This document shows positions 48,724-62,854 of a stretch of 64,000 nucleotides of DNA, piece by piece (position 1 is the first letter of the stretch; each line of letters begins with the position of its first letter). The position numbers and the translations under genes were made by a program. This DNA is from Octopus bimaculoides (lineage: Eukaryota), in assembly GCF_001194135.2 (NCBI RefSeq), contig NC_068985.1:83835058-83899057 (forward strand). Direction: 5' to 3'. Below the pieces are notes generated by a model. That model did not search any database and was not told where the DNA came from. It worked only from the letters and a program-made list of their open reading frames with translations.

Positions 48724-50549
48724 TATANNNNNNNNNNNNNNNNNNNNNNNNNNNNNNNNNNNNNNNNNNNNNNNNNNNNNNNNNNNNNNNNNNNNNNNNN
48801 NNNNNNNNNNNNNNNNNNNNNNNNNNNNNNNNNNNNNNNNNNNNNNNNNNNNNNNNNNNNNNNNNNNNNNNNNNNNNNNNNNNNNNNNNNNNNNNNNNNN
48901 NNNNNNNNNNNNNNNNNNNNNNNNNNNNNNNNNNNNNNNNNNNNNNNNNNNNNNNNNNNNNNNNNNNNNNNNNNNNNNNNNNNNNNNNNNNNNNNNNNNN
49001 NNNNNNNNNNNNNNNNNNNNNNNNNNNNNNNNNNNNNNNNNNNNNNNNNNNNNNNNNNNNNNNNNNNNNNNNNNNNNNNNNNNNNNNNNNNNNNNNNNNN
49101 NNNNNNNNNNNNNNNNNNNNNNNNNNNNNTATATATATATACTTATATATATGCACATATATACATACACACATATTTGTATATACATTACTTGCTCTCT
49201 CTTCATACTCTCCATTTTGCATTTATTTATTTTTTTTCTTCCCCCTATTTTTATGCTGTAAGTCAAGTGATGTTCTAGTATTTGACATTCAGATATATTT
49301 CATAACTACCAGCACTACCTTAACATGGAAGTAATGTAAATAATATTCTAGCAAAGAAAGGAAGGGAAAAAAATGGAAAACAAAAATATAGAAACTGACT
49401 ATATTATCTGACATTCATCTTTTTGAAAGAAATAAAAAAAAAAAAGAAAGGGCAAAAAAAAATTCAAAAATTCCTACTTCAGTTGATGGTTTAAAGACTT
49501 CAGCTTCTACTTGCTACATATTGAATCATTTCTGTTTGTTTACTTAATGTGTGTATCTATCAGAGATTTTTGTCCCAAATTACCTTTTATTAGTGGTAGA
49601 TATTCCAGAATTTCTCCTCAAATGTCATATGTCTATCTATCTTGTTTCTGTTTCTCCAATGTCGCTTATAAAATATTTTGTTGTACTTTCTCTTTTTGAT
49701 TATGGAATCCATTGTGTATGGTTCTGCTGAAATTCCCCCCACCTACTCCTTCATCTTCCGCTTCTGAGAACCATATAACCATATAACTGATATGTAATCG
49801 AATTTATGTTTGTGATGGCTAAATGAAAAATTATTGCCATCTGTTGACTATTCATTTTTTTTTTTATTTCATTAGATATTTTTCTCTCTCTCTCTCTCTC
49901 TTAATTTGTTTTTAGCCTTCCATGTTTTTGACGTTTTGTTACAGTACATCATCTTTACTAATTAAATTAAGATATCAACATTAATCAAGCTAGTTAGTAG
50001 TGCACATCTGGAATTTAGGGTTCAAAAGTATTAACTTAGGGTTTTTTTTTTATTGAAGTTGTAACTGTCATCTACAGTAATGTGTGTATGTGTGTGTTTG
50101 TGTCTGTATGTATATTTATATATGTATATATATAGATAGATATGTATATGTGTATGTGTATATATATATATATAAAGCTTGTTCGTGATTGTTCAGTCAA
50201 CTCTAAACGAATGAATATCTTACCCAGAATTGTGTGGTTTATCAAAATATTTTATAGTTATCTGCAAACTATGTCTTCCATTATTTTAAAGTGTATTACG
50301 ACCTGGTTCTTTCTTTTCAGATATGAAAAGTGAAACCAACCTTAACAGTGTTTGAAACAAAGCATTCTAATTTCAAACTTTATTTTTCTTTCAAGTCCAA
50401 CTAGAATGGGATTTAATCTCTACTCTTTGCTTGACTGGTTTCTCTAGTTATGGTCATCTCATCTTTGCAGAGCAAATTCCTTAAGGAATTTACTCATGAG
50501 ACATGTTTAGAAAGAAATTGGGATTAAACATTTGTTTTCTACTGGTTTA

Positions 50550-51424
50550 CGAGGTGGTATCAAAAAGTTCCTGGGCCAGTTCTGTAGCATACTAACAGAT
50601 TGCAGCACACAGTTGCATGCCCAGTGAGAGCTAGCAGTGACTTCCATGAGGCAATACATCAAGTGATATCGCTGTGTTTACTTCAGAAGTTGTGAAATTT
50701 GTGTTTTTGTAATCACACATATGCTGTAGCCTGTGATTTTGTCATGGACAGGAGCAAAAAGAGCCAGTGTGAAATTTTGCGTTACACTTGCTAAATTTGC
50801 AACAGAATCATTGAGCATGCTTCAGCAAGCTTGTGGCAATGAGGCAGTGAGTTGTACGTAAATGTTTTGAGTGGTGTGGGTGCTTCCAAAGTTGAAGAAC
50901 ATCTCTGAAAAATGATGAGCAATCTGGAAGAATGCCATGAGAGTTACCTCCTGAAATGTGGTATTGTGCATCGAGAAATTGTCCTCCAGGACCAGGCCAT
51001 CAGTCGAGAGTTCTACTGTGATGTTTTGAAGCATTTGAGGGAGAACATTTGGTTAAATTGACAGGATCTGTGGAGCGCAAAGAATAGAATTCTTCATGAT
51101 GACAATGCATCGTCACTGAGCTGTCCACATTCATGAGTTTCTTGCCGATAACAACATGGTATTGCACCTGTGGATTTTCATCTCTTACTCAAGAGGAAAA
51201 TGCAATTCAAAGGTTGCTGTTTTAACATTGTTGTTGAGATCCAGAGTGAATTGCAGAAGGACCTCAACTTGCTTACAGAAAATAACTTCCAGGTCAGATT
51301 CCAAAAGTGGCAGGAATGCTGGGACCTGTGTATTGCTGTGCAAGGTGATTATTTCAAAGGAGATGTTAAAACTTTGGTAAATAAGTTATTTTTCATTAAA
51401 CATAACTAGTCCAATACCACCTTG
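50550..51424 (+). mobile_element. mariner-family transposon, internally deleted and decayed
   Basis: TA|CGAGGTGGTA...TACCACCTTG|TA; fragments KFCVTLAKFATESLSMLQQACG, GIVHRE, FYCDVLKHLRE, LHDDNA, FQKWQECWDLCIAVQGDYFKGD. Confidence 0.9.
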
Positions 51425-52299
51425 TACATCCATTTTAACATGCTAGCTTTAATGGCATTGTTTTATTTTTGTTATTGTAGCAAATTTTGACAATATAATG
51501 CAGGTGAAGCAATTATTTTTATAGCTAGTTGTTCTTCTTATGCCAATCACCCAACAATGAATTAAAACGAGGATTCTGTTGTCAGATAAGTAAACTGATT
51601 AAATTATGTGTACTGTCCTGAGAGGTATAACAAGCACATTCGCTCTAAGTTTTGGAAGAGAACTTTGGCTCCCCAAACAGTGTATTTTGAATAATAATAA
51701 AAAAGGTCTTTGATTATTTCCAGTGTTTTCACTATGAGAAATTACTTAAGTTGGATTATTTATGGTGATTAAGAAAAATTATTGATCAACTAACGTTATT
51801 CCCTGTCCAAATACGGGAGACAACTCCAGACATTTCTTGTCCTTATCTGTTGTCAGCAGAAACATATTTATTGCCTTATTTGTTAGTTTCAGGTATTCTT
51901 TTACTGTTTGCGTTGTAAGAAATCGAAAAAATGTTAGAGAGTACTAAAAGCATTTGTTCCAAAGCAATGGATAAATATTTAGTTTTGCTTTGCAGGATAC
52001 TCAGGTTTATCTAAATGGCTATAAACTATTCCCCTTCTGTGCACACAATTGGTAACCGGAAAGATAGAAGCTCAAAACAATTCTTTTCTATAAAGCTGTT
52101 CACACAGTAATCTAAGTCATGTTATTTATAACTGGACATAGTGAGTACTGTATATCAGTAAGATATGACTATATTTTAAAGATATATTTAAACAAAGAAT
52201 ATTATGGTCCTTTTCAAGATCTTTTTATTTATTTATTCATGTCAGCATTTTTTCAAAAGATGTAGACTGTCTCCTAATGTATCTTAGATTAGATAAGAG

Positions 52300-52587
52300 C
52301 AGTGGTCTCCAAAATGGGCAGTACTTTCCCCCTGGTAGTGGTGGAAGGATTCAGGTGGCATTGAAGAAAAGTGGAGCAATAATGGGTTGGCCAAAAGGGG
52401 ATGATGGATGTAAACCAACAAAATAATAGGTTAATTAGGTTAAGTTTTATTTCTGAAATAAATAATTGTTTTGAATTTGTTTCAGAAAGTGGTCTATGTT
52501 TGTGATGGTAAGTGGGGGAAGAGGGGTGCTAGGAGTGTAGTCTGGGTGCCAAGGGAACAGCAGCCTGATGAAGTTTGGAAACCAATG
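52300..52587. mobile_element. hAT (Charlie-like) MITE
   Basis: Termini CAGTGGTCTCCAAAAT / AAGTTTGGAAACCAATG; flanks GATAAGAG / GATTAGAT (6 of 8 identical). Confidence 0.65.
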
Positions 52588-53261
52588 GATTAGATGGAAT
52601 TTTCGAACTCTTGAACAATTGTAGAATTGATTTTAGAATAAAGGTTAAGTAGATGAATTATACAGTCATGGCAGCATGGTTAAGACGATTGTCTCATAAC
52701 CATGTGGATTTACATTTGATCTTAATACCTGGTGAAAACCTTAGCAAAGTAAGTGTCTTTTAGCATTCATAAACAACATGAATTTTTGATTTATCCATGG
52801 GTTCACAAAGACTGATTTTCAATATAATCAGACACCATGAATTGCATTTCGAAAAGTGATGATGTAACTCTTCAATATTGTAAAATAAAGAATTATCAGG
52901 ATAAAACATTAGAGTTAATGACTGTCAAACTTAGTGCATAAGAAAATCGGACATTTCATTCTTGATGACCTGATATATATCTTTTAACTTACCAATTTAA
53001 GTGTGGCAATAATTATTTGATTAATCTTCATTCATTCACTGAGTCATAAAGTTTGAAAAACTCTGAATCGGGATTTAACAAGATAATTTACTCAGTAAGG
53101 ATATTCTTATATGGACATAAAATGTATCTAATCCCTGTAGAATTATGTCATTAACTTTGTTGTATAAGAACAATTGTGCAATTATTCTTGGTTAGTTTTC
53201 ATATAATTACTATAATCTGTATGAGACAATGTTTATAAGATGACTCTAATAAAAAGTTATG

Positions 53262-53625
53262 AGCTGTACAGTTAAGAAGCTTGTTTTGCAGCTACATGGT
53301 TTTGTGTTCAGTCCCACTGTGAAGCAGCTTGAGCAAGTGTCCTCTACTATAGCCCCTGGCTAGCCAATGTTCTGAGAGTGAATTCTGTAGACAGAGACTG
53401 TGTGGAAATCCATTGTGTGTGTATATGTGCGTGTTCATGTTTGTTTCACTACTAGTATGAGTTTGTTTTTTGTCCCATAGCTAAGCAGTTTGGCAAAAGA
53501 AACTGATAGAATAAGTGCTAGACTTAAAAAAACAAAAGTACTGGAGTTGATTTGTTTGACTAAATCCTTCAAGGTGATATCCCAGCATGGTTGCAATCTA
53601 GTGACTGGAAATTGTAAAGGATAAA
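53262..53625 (+). mobile_element. SINE family A, old copy
   Basis: Degenerate but collinear with A. Confidence 0.75.
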
Positions 53626-54034
53626 ATAAGAGATCCTTCTTTTGGGTAAAATGCTTCAGTTTTAACCTAAATGACCTTCACTACAAAACTGTGTTTACAT
53701 ACATTACAACATTAGGAGTTTACTAATTCAGTCTATCATAATTCCTTTTTTTCCACTACTCTCCAAAGAAGTGGATTAACTGGATTAACAGTTACAGTAC
53801 TGCAAGTTCAAATCCTAGCAGTTAAAACTTTGCTTTTTTTTTTCCTTTTGTTTTGTTTTTTTCCCCTTTTAATAATGTTCTTGTTACATATTGAAATTAA
53901 TTTAGTCTACTATACTATAACATACCCCATCCTCATGAAAAACAGTGGTTGTGTGTTTAAAATTAGAAATCAATATTTTGTTTTCCAAGTAATGTACAAA
54001 AAGAAATTCTTGTAATTTTCAATATTTTGCTATA

Positions 54035-54250
54035 TAAAGGTGGTGAGCTGGCAGATTCATTAGCATGCAAAGTGAAATGCTCAGCAGCATTTCGTTCATT
54101 TTCACATTCTGAGTTCAAATTCCATTGAGGTCAACTTCACTTTTCATCCTTTTGGGTTTGATAAAATAAGTACCAGTTGAGTACTGGGTTGATGTAATGA
54201 ACTTACTCCTCCCTAGAAATTGCTGGCCTTGTGTCAAAATTTGAAATCAA
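54035..54250 (+). mobile_element. SINE family B
   Basis: GGTGGTGAGCTGGCAGATTCATTAGC...CTTGTGTCAAAATTTGAAATC. Confidence 0.85.
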
Positions 54251-56111
54251 AATCCAATTAAACAGTTTTGCATGATAAAATTTTTAAAGATATATATTCT
54301 TTCTTCATTAAATGCAGTAATATCAGTTACAAGTTAGTGGTTGTGTGATAGTTAGTTAAGAGTTGAAATGTGGGTAATGGTTATAAATGGTCGAACAGTT
54401 ACAAAAGGTTGCCCCAGAGAGTCTCCAGACAGATTGTTTTTATTGGTTTTCATTGAATTGGATTCCTTGATTAGAGAATCTTTGCTATGCAAGTTTGCAC
54501 ACGCATGCACACATGTATACACGTTCACATTTACTCACACAGCTATTTAAATATCATTATTTGTTGTCAATGTAGTGACAGTGTCAGGGAAGAAATTATT
54601 CATTATTTAAATTAGAAGGAGACAAATAGATTATATAACTTCAAGGAAGCAAATATTGGTATTTCTATCTTCTACGAGTATCATCATTAACATCATGATA
54701 ATTATTATTATCGTCATCACAATCATCATCATATTCACTCCATTGTCTTTACTACTGTTCTTATTGTGATCATTATGATTCTTATGATAATGATGATGAT
54801 CATCATCATCATTGTCATTATCATCAGCATTGTTATTTATTACTGCTCTATTGGTTATGAAAGTAAAAATAAAGCTTTTAGCTTCGGAGAAAAATGGAAT
54901 TGATATGTCAAAAGCAGGAAAAGAAACAAAAAAGTTTAACAAAGCAAAAAGAAGAAAGAATAACAGCAAAAATAATAATGTTTTCTACAATAACAACAAC
55001 AACAATACTAATGACAACAACACTGGAATAATAATGAAAAAGACTAAGAAAAGCCTACAAAGCTAGAAGTGATCTACAACTGTTATGCTTCTGAGTGTGT
55101 TCCCATAATATAAACATTCTACTTTGCTTTGTCAGGAAGGCAGGAAATATGTTTCTTTATTTGAAATAGATTTTTCCTATACGAAGAAAAATAAAAATAA
55201 CCACATCGTTAACCACAACAACAATAAAAGCAATGACAACAGCAGCGACAACAATGAAAACGAGAAAAAGAATAGTTGATCTGATTTTTGTGAGCAAAAG
55301 AGGAAGTTGATTGTCTCTGTCGGAAGGTATCGGTGGATAGCAACACAATACAGTATTCAACACAAATAATGATTTTGAGACTTAAGCTTAAAAGCAACAA
55401 TTGCCCGATTTCTCAATATTGAATATTCTACATCATTTTCACTGCATTGCCTACCATACACAATTACTCCTCCCCGAACCCTCTTGCACTTACTCTTCCG
55501 TTTCATTTCTTTTGATTTATTTTTAAAATAATTTTATAGTTTTTAAAATTTTTACTCTCTCTCCATCTAAGCCAAAATCATACCATCTTCCTTTCAACTT
55601 CTATTTCCTCTTTCTGTTCCCTTCACCTTTTCCTAAATATCTTCCTTTTTCTCATTTTATCCCACTCTTCTATACTATTCCACATTTTCCATTTTACTCC
55701 ATATTTCCCTGTTATTCCGTGCTTCTATTTCTTTTCTTTTTTTTTTGTCTTTCTGTTTTTCTATCAATTTAAACATAGTAGATAAGAACTTTCCACTATT
55801 ACAAAATTCTCTCTGCAAATTAATCATGTGACATCAAGTTGCAATTCTTTTCAGATATTTTAAAAACTTGAATGAAAATAAATCACAAACATAAGAATTT
55901 TTTTTTAAATCTCACCTCATTAAGAATTCACTCTGACAAGCATTTTTGTATTACACATCCTATGAATCACACTCATTTGACTTTATTCCTGAAAATTTCC
56001 AGATTTTCTGTTTTCTTTGACCTGAGTTACATTTGATTGTTAACATAGAAGAGAAATAGATAGAATTTCTGAATATGAGAACCATTTCCTCAGTAAAGAG
56101 TTTTATTAAAC

Positions 56112-56525
56112 TGGCATGGCTGTGTGGTTGAGAAGCTTGCTTCCCAACCACATGGTTACATGCTCAATCCCATTGCATTGAACTTCAGGTAAGCATCTTC
56201 TACAAAACCCTGGGCTGACCAAAATCTTGTGAGTTGATCTGACATGTGTGTGTATGTACGTCTGTGTGTGTGAATGTGTGTATGTGTGTGTGTGTCTTGA
56301 TATTCTGTGGTAGTTGTATATGAGAGTCTATAAATGAAACAATCAGTTATCATTCATTTCCAATATTCTGCAAAAACACAAAAAGGCATGTCTAATCATG
56401 GGAAATATTACCTTACTTGGAAACAGGTTAGAGTTGATGACATGAAGGACATCTGTCTAAAAAATTTGCCTCAATAAACTCCCTCTAGTTCGTTGAGATA
56501 TAGAAAAGACGATGTTAAAATGATG
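56112..56525 (+). mobile_element. SINE with family-A head and (ATG)n tail
   Basis: A head; body and tail as in 6148-6552 and 60325-60745. Confidence 0.7.
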
Positions 56526-56919
56526 CAGAAACTCAGTTTGTTATACCCATTAACCCCTTGGTTAGTATTATTATTATAACCTTTGTATTAGTACAGTGCA
56601 ACCAGCTGCTAATTGTGAGCATGTATGGCTTTGTAATGAGTCTCTTGCTTTAATTACTTTTGGTGTCTCTGTAATCATGAGTAGGCATAGACGCCCTCTC
56701 CACTTCTCACACTTTACCATTACCAGTAAGCCCTCTATCACTATCTCTCTTCCTATACTTCCTCCTCTACTGACTTCTCACTCAAGTCACCCTGTTTATT
56801 GCATCATATTCTTGCTCCCTTCATCCACTCACTGTGGTCTGTGTATTATCCTGCACACAAACTCCCTCTCTCTCATTAATGTTCTTAGTCATGTTGCCTC
56901 GAATGAACAATGAGGAGGA

Positions 56920-57285
56920 TTTAACCATGTGGGATGCAAGTTAACCTCATTGATGCTTGTGTCATGATGAAATGCATCCAGTACACTCTGTAAAGTGGTT
57001 GACAAGCAAACAGAGATAAACCAGTGTTCAGAGGGTTCCTAATTCTGGTCAAAGGCACTACAATGTCTTCAGTGTTGGTGGCATAGTGAAATGTACCGAG
57101 TACACTCTTTAAAGTGGTCGAGGTTAGGTAGGACATCCAGGAATAGAAAGCATTCCAAAAACAGAATGTATGAGTAAGATGTGGCATTCCAACCCATCCA
57201 AATGACAAGCCATCCAACCGAACCAGCTAATGCCAGCATTGAAAGTGGACATATGCTGCTGCTGATGATGATGATGATGATGATA
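56920..57285 (+). mobile_element. SINE-like element family F
   Basis: Twice-repeated AGTACACTCT(G/T)TAAAGTGGT block; ends CAGCATTGAAAGTGGACAT...(GAT)n. Confidence 0.65.
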
Positions 57286-57344
57286 ATATATATGGTGGAC
57301 TCCTTCATGTTTCCACTTACCAAATTCAACTCAAAAGAGAATGC

Positions 57345-57440
57345 AATAACAAATCTCTCACTCAAGGTACCACATGGTGGAATTGAGCCAGGAACCACAT
57401 GGTTGTGAAGCAAATGTCTCAACTACATGGCTAAGTCTGC
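57345..57440 (-). mobile_element. SINE family A, head fragment
   Basis: AACCACATGGTTGTGAAGCAA, reverse complement of the A head. Confidence 0.6.
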
Positions 57441-57873
57441 TTCTGTATTAATTTCTACAATGGTGCATAATTTTAATTTTTCCACAAGTCTAGCTTTTTA
57501 TTACAAACAAATACAATTACCATGTGTCATTGCCAGGAATGTGGCACACTTGATTCCAAAGACCTTGTCTTTAAAGCACAATAGGACTAATAAAGAATAG
57601 TTAAAATGAACTAACGAAATTGTTGCTAAAATTAATCAACTGCTACTCACAGGAAAATCATCGTCATCACTATTTTTTTGTTATTTTTTTTACATTAGTA
57701 TATATTTTTTCATGCTACCATAACTGGGTTGAGAGTTATTGAGGTGGGGTGGGGTTATGGCTGGGTACCTTTCCTGTTGCCAGTCTTTCCTTGTGTTTCA
57801 ATAAGCAAAATTAGTGTTTTTATTACATACCATGCTCTACTAATTGTATTATTATTATTATTATTATTATTAT

Positions 57874-57909
<36 letters not shown>

Positions 57910-57911
<2 letters not shown>

Positions 57912-58120
57912 AGGTGGCAAGCTGGCAGAATCATGAGCATGGCAGGCAAAATGCTTAGCAGCATTTCACTCATCTTTATGTTCTGAGTTCAAATTCCACT
58001 GAGGTCGACTTTGCCTTTCATCCTTTTGGGGTTGTTGAAATAAGTACCATTTGATCACTGGGTTCGATGTAATCGACTTGACTTCTCACTTGAAAATGCT
58101 GGCCTTGTACGAAAATTTGA
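57910..58120 (+). mobile_element. SINE family B between (ATT)/(AGT) and (ATC)/(ATT) repeats
   Basis: B head, core and tail. Confidence 0.85.
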
Positions 58121-58594
58121 AATCATCATCATCATTATTATTATTATTATCATCATCACTATTATTCCAATACATTAAACAATTCTACCACCCTACTGCC
58201 CTTAAACTGTTCTAACTGGGCACAAGGCTACAAATTTGTTGGCAAACGGTTTAGTCAATTGAAATGACTTTATTTTATCAACCATGGAGAAATAAAAAGC
58301 AAAATTAAGATGCTCACTACTTTCTACTAGTCAGGCAATACAGTCAGTTGAAGTTCAACAGTAGCAATCTATATAAAAATCTAGGGGTGGGTAAGAGCGA
58401 TGATGTTCTGATGTTCTTAGGGGAAACTCTAGGCATTGTATACTTTTATTACATTTCATTGTCTTTTCTGTTTCTTTCTCCCCATCCTTTTTGTACATCC
58501 CCACACAAATTGTTTTGCCCTTGTGATGTCCACCCTTATCTATACCCCTGTGGGTAATAAAAGGAATTATTATTATTATTATTATCATGATTTG

Positions 58595-58808
58595 TAAGGC
58601 GGTGGGCTGGCAGAATCATTAGCACAGTGGGCAAAATGCTTAGCAGTATTTTCTCTGTCTTCGTGTTCTGAGTTCAAATTCTGCCAAGGTCAACTTTGCC
58701 TTTCATCCTCTCAGGGTCGATAAATTAAGTGCCAGTGAAACACCGGGGTCAAAGTAATCAACTTATCCCATCCTCAAAATGGCTGTCCTTGTGGCAAAAT
58801 TTGAAACT
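58595..58808 (+). mobile_element. SINE family B
   Basis: GGCGGTGGGCTGGCAGAATC...GTGGCAAAATTTGAAAC(TAT)n. Confidence 0.85.
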
Positions 58809-59431
58809 ATTATTATTATGATTTGTACTCCAGTATTACTTTGACACTGGAAAACAAATATATGAAGTCCCATATACCCATCATAACTACTCGTCTGATA
58901 AGGGTATACCAGGCACATGCTTCACAACCATATGTGCATGATGTGATCTTATATCAAGATAAACAGTGCATGACCTTGCAGCTGGGACCCAGTTAGAGTT
59001 TTCTTCAGGTCCAGTAGCCCATCCTGTTCAAAATGTCCCTGGATAAGGTTTGTTTAAGGATGTTGAACAAAACACCCATATTTCCAGAGGTGAATTATTC
59101 AAACCCCAAAGAATTCTTCTCAACACATGGCTATGATACTCCCCCACTACTTCTGCTCATGATCAGAGATGCACATATTGTCAGCCACCAAGGGGCATGC
59201 TCAACTGGTTAATAAGGGCAAACAACTGACAAGCAAATCTGTGGTATCAAGCAGAATATTTGCTGTTGTCCATATTTTATACCAAGACAAAACATATACA
59301 TGATAACACTTCCAATCAGTTAAGATCAGAAGCCATGTGAGTCACTAACTGATACTGCTTCATGACCCTAATACATGACTGGCACTTTATTTTATCAACC
59401 TCCTTCCAAAGTTAGGAAATAATATATATCA

Positions 59432-60292
59432 TTTATCTTTTACTTGTTTCAGTCATTAGACTGTGGCCATGCTGGGGCACCACCTTGAAAAATTTTCAGT
59501 TGAATGAATTGACCCCCAGTACAATGTTTTTTTATGTTTTAGTCTGGTACTTATTCTATTGGTCTCTTTTGCTGAACTGCTAAGTTATGTGGACATAAAC
59601 AAACCAACACCAGTTGTCAGGCAGTAGTGGTGTATGTGTGTGTAGGGGGAAATACTCACATGCACATACATACACTCACACACACATATATACATATTGT
59701 TACGATCAGACAAATTAATAATGTAAGAAAAAGGGGTAAACTTCTGATCGCAACAACAAAGTGTTCAAACAGGGAAAGAAATATTCATATATGGAGATTG
59801 TGTCCAGTTTCAAGGTAGGTGGTGAACGGTCCAACCCGTATGCAGCTCCGTCTCATTCTGGTTCTATCTGCGCCAAGCTCCTGCTGTCTTCCCCATTCCC
59901 CTTTTTAACAGAAAGTACGAGATTACCTGACTTGCTAGTTAACAGGAAGTGAACGAGGTTACTTGTCTCGTACTATGCTAACTTCCTGTATATATATTTG
60001 GTTATTCATACCAACGTTATTTCAGTTCTGCCAAACAGTCGTTGACAAACGTTTATCTCACCACCTTCGGAAAATATAGGGTAAGTTCTCACCCTTCATT
60101 ATCTTATAGGTATACATAACAATATATACACACACAATGGGTTTTTCTTAGCTTCCATTTTCTAAATCCATTTCCAAGGCTTTGGTTGGCCCAAGGCTAT
60201 AGTAGAAGACTCTGGCCCAAAGTGCCACACAGTGGGAGTGAAACTAAAGCCATGTGGCTGGAAAGCAAGCTTCTTACCACACATCCATTCCT
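59432..60292 (-). mobile_element. SINE family A split by a solo LTR
   Basis: A tail 59432-59697 and A head 60122-60292 are collinear across the insertion. Confidence 0.8.
59698..60121. mobile_element. solo LTR (424 bp), Ty3/gypsy-like
   Basis: TGTTACG...CATAACA termini (7-bp inverted, 1 mismatch); ATAT on both sides (59694-97, 60122-25); interrupts a SINE. Confidence 0.75.
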
Positions 60293-60324
60293 CTCTGTGT
60301 TTATATATGATACTTTATCCAGAT

Positions 60325-60745
60325 GCTGGCATATTTGTGTGGTTAAAAAGTTTGTTTCCCAGCCATGTAGATTTGGGTTCAGTCCTACTGCATACACCTT
60401 AGATAATTGCCTTCTACTATAGCACCAGGTTAACCAAAGTGTTGCAAAGCTTACTCTTTTAAAATATAATTTATAAATAAGGATTTGGTTGATGAAAAGG
60501 GGAAAGGATCCCATCATGTGTGTGTGTGTGTGTGAGTGTGTGTGTGTGTTCATGTCTCATAGGTAGTTATGGGTATCATTCATTTCCGATCTTTTGTGAA
60601 AACATGTTCAGCCAAGGGGAGATATAACCCCACTTGGAACATGTGAAGGTTGGTGACAGGAAGAGCACTTGGCCATAGAAGATCTACTTCAAGAAATTCT
60701 GTCTGACCCATGCAAGCATGGAAAACTGGACATTATAATGATGAT
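60325..60745 (+). mobile_element. SINE with family-A head and (ATG)n tail
   Basis: Tail GTTGGTGACAGGAAGAGCA...CCCATGCAAGCATGGAAAACTGGACATTATAATGATGAT. Confidence 0.7.
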
Positions 60746-61053
60746 ATCTGACTGTGAATAGAAATCATTATCTCACTTCTGTTTAGAGACAGATATCGTG
60801 TAAAAATTGAACTACGAAGTAACCTTTACTGTCTTAATAGTTCATTACTTACAAGAAGAAATATTTCACATTTGGAGTAGCATTTTCTTTATTTCATGAT
60901 CGTTTAGCATAGATCTGGACCAAGTTTCTTCAATCTAGAGCTACTAATGTTGTTTAGATATATTTGCATTTCTCTGTAGAAGTTCTATATTAATAAAAAT
61001 TGACAAGAAAAAATAAAAAGGTTTGTAGCAAAGTGAATATCTAAAAAAAAAAC

Positions 61054-61087
<34 letters not shown>

Positions 61088-62540
61088 TTATATTCAAGGA
61101 GTATATTGTAACAACTACTGAAAAATTTGCTAAACAGAAAGGTAATTTTTATTCTCATTTTTTTTTAAACTTTGGCATTTTATATATTCTGAATATATAA
61201 AGGGAAGTTTTCACATTTTTTTCATTTTGAATTTCAACTAATGTTCTTTTATCGACATAAATGTTCCAACACGTGACTAAAAACAANNNNNNNNNNNNNN
61301 NNNNNNNNNNNNNNNNNNNNNNNNNNNNNNNNNNNNNNNNNNNNNNNNNNNNNNNNNNNNNNNNNNNNNNNNNNNNNNNNNNNNNNNNNNNNNNNNNNNN
61401 NNNNNNNNNNNNNNNNNNNNNNNNNNNNNNNNNNNNNNNNNNNNNNNNNNNNNNNNNNNNNNNNNNNNNNNNNNNNNNNNNNNNNNNNNNNNNNNNNNNN
61501 NNNNNNNNNNNNNNNNNNNNNNNNNNNNNNNNNNNNNNNNNNNNNNNNNNNNNNNNNNNNNNNNNNNNNNNNNNNNNNNNNNNNNNNNNNNNNNNNNNNN
61601 NNNNNNNNNNNNNNNNNNNNNNNNNNNNNNNNNNNNNNNNNNNNNNNNNNNNNNNNNNNNNNNNNNNNNNNNNNNNNNNNNNNNNNNNNNNNNNNNNNNN
61701 NNNNNNNNNNNNNNNNNNNNNNNNNNNNNNNNNNNNNNNNNNNNNNNNNNNNNNNNNNNNNNNNNNNNNNNNNNNNNNNNNNNNNNNNNNNNNNATCATT
61801 CACCACTACTCTTATATATCTATACACTTAGGGAAAGGTCAAAGCAAACATCATACAATGTTTTAATTAGTTCAACATTAAAAAAAAAGTTTTCTCAATT
61901 TTTTAAAATTTATTTATATACTTCGATTTCATTCAACTTACTGTATTGTAATTTCTTCTTCAACTATTTTTCTTTTCTTTACGATCAACATGGAAGCCTG
62001 AAATGTTTATTCATGAAAACTATATCAACTATTTAATGTTCCTTTCCTATTTCTTTAAACTTTTTGTTATTGAAACTTCATTTACTTCAGAATATACTTG
62101 TTTGTTTTTATTTTTAATTTTTTTTATTAACAGATAAAGTTAAATGATGATGATGAATTTTCTACTTTTATACTTATTTATTTTGCTTGTTAATTATTTT
62201 TGCTTGCATTTTTGTATTTTTTTCCTCTTTGGTAAAAATACTGTTTAACTTTATTTCTAATAGTTCCTTCTATTGCATGTGCTGAATAAACTCAAGCTTT
62301 TTAAAATAAATTCTTGCTAAATGCTTTGAGAGCAACAATTTCTCATGCATTACACATATAACTTAAGAGAAACATTAAAGTTATCATTGAAACACTTTTC
62401 TTAACTTTTTAGTTGATTTTGTTGCTTTTAGTATTTTGTTTTTAAGTGATTGAACTGGTAATCTTTTGGGAAGGTATTGGAATATGCGTTTACAACATTA
62501 TACTTTATTCTTACTAAAGAAAACTCAAAAGTAAAATCAT

Positions 62541-62776
62541 CATCATGATCATTTTAATGCCCACTTTCCCATGCTTGCATGGGTTAGACAGAGTTTATTG
62601 AGGCATATTTTCTTCAGTCAGGTGCCCTTCCTGTCACCAACTTTCAGTTGTTTCCAAGCAGGGTTATACTTTCCCATGGCCAGGCATGTTTTCTAGAATA
62701 TTAGAAATGAATGACTTTACTTGTATGACAGTGACACTCATTTGCAACGATAACACATTGTGAAGGCAAGGAGACA

Positions 62777-62854
<78 letters not shown>

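Noticed and set aside
53131-60575. miR-10-like CCCTGTAGA (near 53133) and miR-196-like TAGGTAGTT (near 60560)
   Set aside because: Matches stop after about 9 nt and I see no precursor hairpin.
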